A DNA stretch of 64,000 nucleotides. Origin: Scyliorhinus canicula (Eukaryota). The notes beneath the pieces are model-generated. The model was not told the DNA's origin. It saw only the letters and a list, made by a program, of their open reading frames with translations, and ran no database searches. The translations under genes were made by a program, and so were the position numbers. The first letter of the stretch is position 1; every line of letters begins with the position of its first letter. Location: positions 39,237,729-39,301,728 of the forward strand of contig NC_052158.1 of assembly GCF_902713615.1 (NCBI RefSeq). The letters are read 5' to 3'. Below, in pieces: positions 11,291-20,885 of the stretch.

Positions 11291-12183
11291 CTTCCATCTC
11301 TTCGTTCTTTTTCTCTTCCTCCTGTACGGCTGATCCTTGCTGTGACCCCTTTTTCGTCCTTCGAAAGCTATGGGATCAAGCACAGTATCTGTCAATACAG
11401 CTTAATATCCGTACTTGTTAGTGTATCTGTCTTTCAATTCCAATTGACCCATTAAAATGACTGGCCAAGTCACACCCTGTGACTCCCCTCATTTTTTTTT
11501 TCAAAAGCGAATTTATGAACCAGAATACACCTAACAACTCCCCTCCTGCGAGCCGTCTCGCAGGCTTTGCTCATTTACCATCCGAATGTTCCTGGATGTA
11601 AATAGCATGTGGGATGGCGGCCTAAGGGCTGCCTAACGAAAAATGAAAACAAATTTGAAAGAAAAGGTCGAATGGGTTGCGTATGGGCCGCTACGGGTAA
11701 GATTTGAATGGGATCCCCGGGTAGGGCGTGCTGTGCCATACCCGAGCTTGGCTGACCAAAGTGGGTTCTCAGACAGGGCGGGTCCTCAGTGCCGTTTGTC
11801 CACTGCCTGAGTAACCTGGAGTAAACGGGCAAGAATGTGTTTACCGTGGATTTGCAGCCTCTATTCGCCGAATAGAGGGGCACCTAAAAACCAAGGGAGG
11901 AGCCAAGATGCTCCTTTTGAAAAATGAGCTGGGCTTCAGACATTTCAGACGATAAGGTGAGCTGCTCACCATAGAAAGTTCTCAGAGGTATCTGCGGACA
12001 AACTAAAGTGCGTGCGAGGTGGTCACAATCTTTTCAGCTGAAAAGAAGGTGTCCAGCCTCCAACTGAACCAATAATATTCAATACAAACAACATAAACTG
12101 ACAAACAAAAACATACGTGCAGGTTCCATCAGAAAGGACATCGCTTCCCTCAAGCGGTTCCTATTTTACATCATCTGGACACC

Positions 12184-15100
12184 TCACTTTTCCTCTGTCT
12201 CTGTGAACAGGGTCACAAAGGGGTTGCCGTATCGGGATTCAGACACCGTGTCGTCCTGCTCTCCCGGATCCCACACCCTTGTGTGGATCAGGCATGAAAT
12301 CTTTGAATTATGTGACCGGGCGTCACTTTCGTCGTTGCAGACAAGTCTGTACGAATTGTCCCTGTGCCAGAGTGTTGGGTCTAAAAGTGAATGGGTATTG
12401 TCGGGGTAGTCGGGGTCGGGTGGTGGGTCTGGGTTTTTAATGTAAGTGACTTCCATGGGGTCACTGGAGTCGGGGTCATAGTCGCTGCAATGTGGGCTGT
12501 AGTGTGGTGTGCTGTGGCTGTCCTCAGAGTCAGTGTCTGTATCGCTGTCTCTGCTGCGGCAGCTTGTGGGCGTTTCGGGGCGTGGTCTGTCGTGGTCAGT
12601 GGGCGGAGTCGTGGGCGAGTCCGATGAAGAACTGGTCTGTGAGGGGGATGGTGGAAACGTGTCTCTAGTGGGTGGGGTGAGGTGTTCTGCTGCGTCTAGC
12701 AGGACATGGTGTGCATGGTTGGCCTGTGTTCCATATGCCTTTAACTGGTTGATATGGAACCACGCGGTCTTACCATTAGGATATTTTATCCTATAAACTG
12801 AGGGGCTAATTTTATCCGAAATTGAGTATGGGCCGGAATATTTTGGTGCCAAAAAACTGCTGGGGTTGTATACAGATAGCATTACCTGTTGCCCAACCTG
12901 GAATTCTGTGGGGTGTACGGTCTTGTTAAAGCAAGCTGTGCGTTGTCTACGCCGTTTCCCTAGTTGAACTGCGGCTGTGATCTGTGCAGACCTCACAGTC
13001 TCCACCAGGTCTTTAACTGTCTTTTCGTGTGTGAGGGCCGTCACTTCGGGGCTAGTCATGTCCAGTCCTAAAAGGAATTCTGTACCTTTCATAGGGCGTC
13101 CGGTCATGAGTGTGTGTGGTGTGTATCCTGTGGAAGTTGAAACCGTATTTCTGATGAACATGAGTGCAAATGGGAGCACTGAATCCCATGTGGAGTTGTT
13201 TTCTTGTACCATTTTTCTAAGTGTGGATTTTAGGGTCCGATTCATGCGCTCTACAATCCCGCTGGACTGTGGGTGATACGCAATATGAAAGTTTTGTTTT
13301 ATGCCAAATATTGTCAGGACGTTCTTCATGACCCGTCCTGTGAAGTGAGATCCCTGGTCCGAATCAATGCTTCGGGGTAAACCCCATCTCGTGAAGATGT
13401 GGTGGGTCAGGATCTTTGCAGCTGTCTTAGCTGTATTCGTTCTAGAGGGGAATGCCTCTACCCATTTGGTAAAGGTATCGATGACCACCAGAACGTATTT
13501 ATAGCCATTCCTACAAGGGGGCAATGGTCCTATAAAGTCGATCTGGAGGTTTGTCCAGGAGCCATTAACTGGTCGAGTATGCCGAAGTTGTGCCTTTTTA
13601 GAATACCTCTCCGGGTTATTCTGGGCGCAAATAAGGCAATTCTCGATGTAGTAACTTACATCTGTCCTTAGGTTAGGCCACCAACAGAGCTGCCTGAGGT
13701 GCCTCGTGGTTGCGTCGATCCCTTGATGCCCGTGCCCATCATGGAACAAAGCAATCATTTCATTCCTGTCCTGCTGCGGGACCACATAAAGCTGATCCTT
13801 TATGATCACACCCTCATGTGTGGTCAGTGCGTGTCTGAACTTGTCGTACTGGGGCACAAAGTTGCCTTTGAAAATCTCCCTGAGATCCTCATCCTGCTTC
13901 TGTGCCTCTACTAGATCTTTAATATCGGTCTGTGAGACTTGAACTGCGCTCACAGGGGCGCTAGCTGGTGCGCTAGCTGGGGGTGTCCACAAGTGTCCTC
14001 GCCTGGAACCTGCCTTAGCCAGTGCGTCGGCTTTTACATTCCCAGGGGGGGATGATCTATGGTGGCTTCTCACTTTGATAATGCCGAAGGTCCTGTCCTT
14101 CGCTTTCTCTAAAATGTGTTGGAGTAAAGGGGCTGATGGAAGGGGTTTCCCATCTGCGGAGACAAAACCTCGTGTCCTCCACAGGGGCAGAAAATCTGTT
14201 AAACTATTGCAGACATATAGACTGTCCGAATATATGTCCGCTGGGCTGGGGAAAGAATCGGGGTGGTCCACTATATATGCTATGGCCGCGAGCTCTGCTG
14301 CCTGCGCGCCTAAGTGTCCTGGTAATTTTAATGCTATCTCTTCGAGAGCGCGCCCCTGCGCGTCCTCGACATAGATGCCGCATCCTGTGATACGCTCACC
14401 TTCTAAAACCGTTGATGAACCGTCTACGTATCCATAGTGGTCCACACGTGTCTGTGTGTTGGGGGCTTTGTCTGGGGTTCTCTATCTTCCTGGGGGGTGT
14501 CTTTGCTATGAAGGGTCCTGTGTTGTGTAGGGGAGCTACAATCTCACATTCATGGGGCTGTCCTGGGTATTGAAGGTTGTCGGCTAAAAATGTGTGTGTG
14601 CGGGTCCGTTTTACTGTAATGTCCCGTCCTTGTAAGAGTAGTGTCCACCTAGCTGCCCTAATCTGGCTAACTGAACCGTCCTTCAGTCGACGGTCTAGGA
14701 GTAACTGTGTGGGGGTGTGCTCAGTCAAAATGGTGATGGGGTTGAGTCCGGTAATGTACGAAAAGTATTGTACTGCCCAGAAGACTGCAAGGAGGTGCCT
14801 CTCGCAGGCTGAAAATCCTTGTTCCACTGGGTCTAACAGTCGGGAGGCATAAGCCACTGGTCTTAGCTGCTCGTGCTGTTCCTGAAGTAACACAGCCGAG
14901 AGGGTCAGATCTGTGCTCGCTACCTCTATTGCATAGGGGGAAAGTTGGTCTGGGACTTGTAGCGCGGGTGCTGTGCTAAGGGCTTTCTTTAACTCTTCCA
15001 CAGCCTCTGTATGCTGCGGAAGCCATTCCCAGGGGGCTCCTTTCTTAAGGAGGTCTGAGAGTGGGGCTGCTTTTGTCGCGAATCCGTCAATGTGGTTCCG

Positions 15101-16417
15101 ACAATAACCAACCAGTCCTAAGAACGACCGGAGGGCTGAAACATTCTAGGGAAGGGGCAATTTGACAATCGAATCAATTCTTTTGAATTCGATCTCGTGT
15201 TTGCCGTGTGTGATGACTGTTCCCAAATACATCACTTTATTTTCCAAAATCTGGGCCTTTCTTGGGTTAACTTTACAGCCAATTGAGGTTAAAAGTTCCA
15301 GGAGTTCGGCCAGAAGCGTAATGTGCTCTGCCTTTGTGTCTGTCTGCAGTAGTAGGTCGTCTACATACTGTACCAGACATTCGGGGCGGGAAAATTTTTC
15401 TAAACCATTCGCCAGCTGTCGGTGGAAAATGGAGGGGGAATTGTGGAATCCTTGTGGAAGGCATGTCCACGTATACTGTTGAGCTTTGAAGGTGAAGGCA
15501 AATTTGTACTGGCACGCTTTTGCCAATGGTATTGACCAGAAGCCATTGCTAATGTCCAATACCGTGAAGAATTTGGAGTTGAGTCCCTGTTTGAGCATGG
15601 TCTCGGGACTTGTTGCTACCGTGGGGGCTACTGCTGGGGTTACTTTGTTGAGTTCCCGATAATCGATGGTCAGACGCCATGATCCGTCGGGCTTTCTCAC
15701 TGGCCAAATAGGGGCATTATTGGTCGAGGCTACTGTTCTAAGCACACCTTGCTCCAATAAGCTACCTATTACCTTCTCTATTTCTCCCTCTGCTTCTAGG
15801 GGAAATCTGTACTGTTTCTGTGGTCTGGGGTCAGGTCCGGTAACGTGAATTTGTCCAGTCATTCTGCCACAGTCGTGCCGGTGACTGGCAAATGCTGTCC
15901 TATGTTTGTGTAATACTGCCTTAACTTGTCTGTCCGTGTTTAGTGTAGTCAAGTCAAATGAATAGTCTCCTACTGCGCTAATCCTATTAGCGTAGTCTCC
16001 TACTGTGAGGGTAGCGGGTGCTCTGTCCGATCTTGCCATTCGCCAGACACACTGGTTCACTGGGTCGAACGACAGGCTATGTGCATTCATAAAATCTATC
16101 CCTAGGATGTGTTCTGCTGTCCGGGGAAGATTTACTACTACTACTGGGTGTCCGGTGGAAATGTTCCCTGGCTGGATCGCTACGGGTGCTGTGATATGTC
16201 CCTGCTGCGAGTGTCCTGTGAACCCGCTAAGTGTGATGGTGGAGGTGGTCGGCCACGTGTCTGCCTGTGCCGTGGTGGTGGAATTAATTGTGGTGCGGGA
16301 CCCTCCTGTGTCCCAAAGTAATTCTATGGGCTTCCCTCTAACTTTTGCCGTGACTACCGGTCTTCCGGATGGATCCCATAGTGTGTCACAGACCCAAGTG
16401 GGGGAGCCCGAACACCG
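12184..16417 (-). pseudogene. pol: Pol (PR-RT-tether-RNase H-IN) with one nonsense codon and one frameshift
   Basis: PR LLWDTGG; RT PRPQKQY, LPQGF, YVDD; in-frame TAG at 15146-15148; apparent 2-nt deletion near 14430 (restoring it gives PLWIYVDGSS); RNase H AELAAI/DS/GNVKADALAK; IN HHCC and D,D35E (QIDF, SDQG, VERMN). Confidence 0.93.
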
Positions 16418-18160
16418 TCAGTTCGTTCCGTCCACATTGGTGGGTCCTGACTGTATGCCTATACTGTGAATTGGTTTGGCTTTATTGCGATTCAGAGTGC
16501 CTGTCTGCTGGCCTCTCTGTGATCTCTGGGGTCCATTACATTCCTTAGCCCAATGTCCTAACTGGCCATAGTTGTAGCATTCCTGCGACTTCTGTGGAGG
16601 GCTGCTCTTTCCTTCATTTACCCATGCGGGGTTTTGGTGCTCTCTCACTGCCTGTATGTCTGCTGCAGCCTGAGCTTCTGGGGATTTCACTTTGCCTCTG
16701 CCCTGAACTGATTGCTCCCAAGCGCGGGACAATCTTTTCAGGACCCACTTCTCATTATGGGCCTCTTCTGAGGGGTCATAGCTGTTGCAAGCGCTCTGTC
16801 CTGCTTCTGTGGCATGAGAAATTATGGTGCGCGTCCATTTAACCATATTTTCTCGGTTCAAATGGGCTCTATTTAAATCGCCAAATACTGCGTTAAAATG
16901 GATCCACAGCCTTCCTGCGAATGCTGTGGGGTGCTCGGTTTTCTTCTGTCGGCACTTATTAAGTCCTTCTACGGGGTCACCTCGATTATACCCTATGGCA
17001 TCTAAAATGGAGGTGTGCATTTCCTCTAGGGTGCCTCCGCCAACGTTCTGTGGGTCGGGGAGGGCTGCTACTACCGATTGGTCCAAACTCAGAACTGTGA
17101 GTTTAACCTGCTCTCTCTCGTCCAGGCCGTACATGGTTGCCTGTTGCTTTACCTTTGCGAAAAACTGGTGGGGGTCTGCGGTGGGGAGAAACGGAGTGAT
17201 CTTCTCACACGCGTCCCTGAGTTGGGTTACAGTTAAGGGGGTGGTGTAGGTGATATCGGGTGCGCCTTCTGTGGTCGCTTTCCTCTGGGTGGTGACTGGA
17301 TTTATTGGTACGGTAACTATTTGATCTGTGGGGGGTTGGGGTGCTTGTCTTTTCTGCTGCGCTGCTGGCGCACATGTTCCCTGAACATAACGCTGCGCTG
17401 TCTCACTTAACTTTTTCCAGTCTGGGGCATTCTCCTCATCTAACTGCGTTCCAAAGGTGCTTTGAAACCCATTTTGCACTGAAAGCAGCGATTGCAGCTC
17501 CGCAATCTGTTTCCTGCATTTCGCATGGTCTACAGTACTCTGTCTTTGTTCTGTGGTGGCAGCATGGAGTGCTCTCAAAGCTGCTTTAAGGTCAGAGCAT
17601 TGCCTCTGCAAAGCCTCTACCTGCTTCTCTGATTCTTCTCTTATCAGGACGGCCCGTTGCACGTCCTGATAGGCCTTTTCGTACTGGGTCTGGGAACTGC
17701 TGAGATGGGCTAGACAAGACTGATATGCCCTCTTGGCATCATCCACCTCTCTACCTTTCTCTGCCAACTTCCCTCTAAGATCCGTATTCTCTTTCTCGAT
17801 GTCCCTGACATCCACTTTACTCATTCTATTTCTTTCTTCTAATTCTGCCCGGAGCGTCTGAACGACCTCCTCTGTGCCTCGCAATTGTGCCAAACAGGAC
17901 ACAATCGCCATCGGCTTACGTGCTTTACTCATATTTTTCTTGTGAATTTGAGAGAGGTTCTCCCACCAAGTATGTCCTATACTTCCGGGACCTGTCTCCT
18001 CATTCAAACAAAACTCTTTCCAAAGGGGCCATCCCTTTCCTTGCAGATACTTGCGGAGTTCCAGCTCCCACACGGGACACTGACCTACTCGGCTACTGCT
18101 GGTCGCTGCGACCACAAACCGTTCTGGGTTCATGAGGCGTTCCATTGCCTGCATGGCCAT
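16418..18160 (-). CDS. gag: Gag (coiled-coil region, capsid-like region, zinc knuckle with one Cys to Tyr change)
   Basis: 580-aa ORF after the 5' LTR; CYNYGQLGHWAKEC knuckle; ends in TGA in frame with the protease. Confidence 0.9.
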   Translation of the reverse strand: MAMQAMERLMNPERFVVAATSSSRVGQCPVWELELRKYLQGKGWPLWKEFCLNEETGPGSIGHTWWENLSQIHKKNMSKARKPMAIVSCLAQLRGTEEVVQTLRAELEERNRMSKVDVRDIEKENTDLRGKLAEKGREVDDAKRAYQSCLAHLSSSQTQYEKAYQDVQRAVLIREESEKQVEALQRQCSDLKAALRALHAATTEQRQSTVDHAKCRKQIAELQSLLSVQNGFQSTFGTQLDEENAPDWKKLSETAQRYVQGTCAPAAQQKRQAPQPPTDQIVTVPINPVTTQRKATTEGAPDITYTTPLTVTQLRDACEKITPFLPTADPHQFFAKVKQQATMYGLDEREQVKLTVLSLDQSVVAALPDPQNVGGGTLEEMHTSILDAIGYNRGDPVEGLNKCRQKKTEHPTAFAGRLWIHFNAVFGDLNRAHLNRENMVKWTRTIISHATEAGQSACNSYDPSEEAHNEKWVLKRLSRAWEQSVQGRGKVKSPEAQAAADIQAVREHQNPAWVNEGKSSPPQKSQECYNYGQLGHWAKECNGPQRSQRGQQTGTLNRNKAKPIHSIGIQSGPTNVDGTN

Positions 18161-18474
18161 TTTTCTGACTCACTTTAATTTGGAACAGGGGGTGTTGAGG
18201 TTATGTCTCACGAAACGGGTAAGGCTTACGCTATGTTCCGTTCACAAAACTACCGAAAGTTTGTCGCAACAAAAATGCTTTCAGGTTTTCCTTACAACCC
18301 TGTTAGTACGCATGCACTAAACACACTTCCGAATTACGTTTATTCCTTCGAACACCTTCAATATTTGTGATTTCTTTCCTTTTTCTTTACCAGATTTCTA
18401 ATTCAAATTTCAGGGTCCTCGACGGAGTGGGGGTACCACTTATAGCCGTGTCCCGTCAGGAAGTCGCCACTAAA

Positions 18475-19469
18475 TGTTGCACGTTTTACTTGAGTGTAAT
18501 TCGCGTTTATTGGAGCGTATTAACACGCCTCCGTTTAAAGGCCGTGTGCTTAACACTGCTAGGCTCTATGTATGTATTTTCAGCTCGGGAGTCGCCAGGT
18601 GCCGTATCTAGACACCTCACAAATATTCCAAGGTCAGGTTCAAAGTAATAAAACGATACACCGATTAGTAAGTTCCAAACGATCAATATTTATTATACAA
18701 ATATAATAAATACGCATGCACACGCTAAAGGACTAAGCTATAACTAAACTTAAGCGATCAGAATACTTAACTAAACAGGAACAGGCAAGGTCAGGGAGCG
18801 AGGCCTTCGTTCCGATCTTGGTCTGTAACCTTCAGAGAGTGTGCGGGTCGCTGGGGGTCTAGTGGGCCTGGTTCGCGTAGCGAGCGTCGTATTGTCACTT
18901 ACGGTTCGGCGGCTGGTGCTCAACGGCTGGAGTCAGGATACAAGTCGAAGTTCTTGGTCGAAGTCAAAGCCGGAGCACGAAAACAACAGCTCAAGCCGGA
19001 GCACAAACAGACAGGACCATGTGTGGGGGTCTATCTTTATAGGGCCCCAATGTCTGTGCCTCTTTTGGGGCGGGCATTCACCTTCAGGTATCGTTTGGAT
19101 CAAATCTCAATCGATGTCTTATTAATTCCCCAATCTGAGGGTCTCTCCTCGATGGAGGGGGCGGTCTCTATGGTCTTTTGTGGTGGATACCTCTGGTGCC
19201 GCTCTGTCTGGACATCCACTTAAAGTATCTATTCAAAACCCAAATGTCGCCATTGTGTGTGCCCAGATCTGGATTGCCTCATTAATATGCAAAGCATTTT
19301 GCTATTAACACCTTTGGTTTGAGATCTTGCACCTGGCCAGAAACTGGTTTTGCTGCTTGCAAAATGCTAATCAGTCTTTGCAGACTGCTGTCTTGGCTAA
19401 ACTGCTTTTTCCCTGCAGTCTTAGCAATTCTCCATCTTGTTAGTCCAGTGTCCATTTTAGGTGGCTACA
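18475..19469 (-). repeat. 5' LTR, sense to gag-pol
   Basis: Same sequence read on the minus strand; TATA box and splice donor (CC|GTAAGT at 18903/18902) point towards gag. Confidence 0.93.
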
Positions 19470-19649
19470 CCCTATATGTGATCTTTCTTGAAAGCTGGTT
19501 TTCTTGTTTGTTGTGGAGCAAATGTGAATTTGTGAGATTTGTTGCCATGCCATGGCATGTTTGTACTCTTGCCATTGTTTTGCAGTGTGCTGTTGCATTG
19601 TCCTTCATGTGCCGAGTTGTACCATGTTGTACAGGCCGCTGTTTCATTG

Positions 19650-19910
19650 TTATCGTTTCTGTCTTGGTCATTTTCGTTGTCGTTCTTGTTGTTGTTGTTC
19701 TTTTTGTTCTTTTTGTCATGCTTGTTGTTTCTGTTTTTGTTGCTTTCGCTGTTGTTCTTGTTGCTGTTCTTGTCGTGCTTGTTGTTTCTGTTATGCCTCT
19801 TGTTGTTCTTGTTGCGCTGCATGTTGTCTTTGTTGTTGCTGTTGTTGTTCTTGTTTCTGCTGTGCTTCTTGCGGTTTTTGTTGTTCTTGTTGCGCTTAAT
19901 GAGTGTTCTG
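19650..19910. repeat. (GTT)n-rich low-complexity tract in Gypsy B
   Basis: Degenerate trinucleotide-like repeat visible directly. Confidence 0.85.
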
Positions 19911-20679
19911 TGCAGATGATTTGAGTCATTGTTACAGTTATTGGTGTCAGTGCCCTTTGTCATATCTGATACATTGAGTGTTTCTTCTTGCGAATTGTGA
20001 GAATGATCTGATGTTGCATTGATGTTGGTGACATCAGTCATTTGTGGTGGATTTGATTTCTCTTCTTTGCTTCCTTGGTACACCTCTTCTAGAGTCATTT
20101 CTGGTTCACTTGAAGCATCATTGATTTCTTGGTGCTCCTCTTTTGGAGTCATTTCAGGTTCACTTGAATCATTTTTGGTTTCTTGGTGCCCCTCTTCTGG
20201 AGTCATAATCTTCACAATTTCAATTGACATGGTCTCTCTGGACTCTTGGTGCTCCTCTCCTGGAGTAAAATCTTCAAGATTTCAATTAACATGGTCTCTC
20301 TGGATTCATGAGTAGCCCTACTCTGATTGTTGAATGTTTCTGTACAGACAAGCTGAGATCTGTCAGTCTCACTGTGATCCTGCACGTCCTGTGTGTCGAC
20401 TGTGATCTCATTGTCACTATTCTCACATACAGCGGGTAGACATTCAGTGTCTACTTGTTGGTTAAATGAGCTGGGTAGACTTTCATAGTCTTCTTCTCGT
20501 GGCTCAAATAGCTGGGCAGACTTTCATAGTCTGCTGCTGGTTGTGCAGATAAGGTGGATAGACCTTCAGAGTCTTGTCCATGCATGGCGTTCGCTATGGA
20601 GTGTTTGCTTGCTTCCATTTTTGAGTCTGTCACTGAGCTGTCTGTGGAGGCTTGCATCACTCTCTCTGTGGAATCTTTC

Positions 20680-20885
20680 ATCGCTCTCTGTGGAGTCTTT
20701 AATCGCGCTCTCTGTGTAATCTTTCATCGCTCTCTCTGTGGAGTCTTTCATCGCTCTCTCTGTGGAGTCTTTCATCGCTCTCTCTCTGTATTCTTTCATC
20801 GCTCTCTGTGTAGTCTTTCATCGTTCTCTCTGTGGTGTCTCTCATCGCTCTCTCTGTGGAGTCTGTCATCGCTCTCTCTGTGGAG
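20680..20885. repeat. Short-unit tandem repeat (TCTTTCATCGCTCTCTCTGTGGAG-like) in Gypsy B
   Basis: Tandem copies visible directly. Confidence 0.85.

Larger units (their letters stand above)
9580..19469 (-). mobile_element. Spuma/loki-related, env-less retrovirus-like element with inverted LTRs
   Basis: LTR 9580-10574 on + and LTR 18475-19469 on -, both 995 bp and ~99% identical; 4-bp TSD CCCT (9576-9579, 19470-19473); gag-pol on the minus strand between them. Confidence 0.9.

Noticed and set aside
11575-11883. 102-aa ORF between integrase and the small membrane ORF
   Set aside because: No recognisable motif or good start context; kept only as a possible accessory ORF if it proves conserved.
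9580-19469. Two independent opposite-strand insertions, or a DIRS element, as the explanation of the inverted LTRs
   Set aside because: A single TSD flanks the unit and the host frame rejoins; the element encodes a DDE integrase, not a tyrosine recombinase. Mis-assembly or aberrant reverse transcription are not excluded.
19472-20230. 252-aa Asn/Lys-rich ORF and its hydrophobic antisense ORFs
   Set aside because: Arise from the (GTT)n-rich tract of the decayed Gypsy B; no domain signature.
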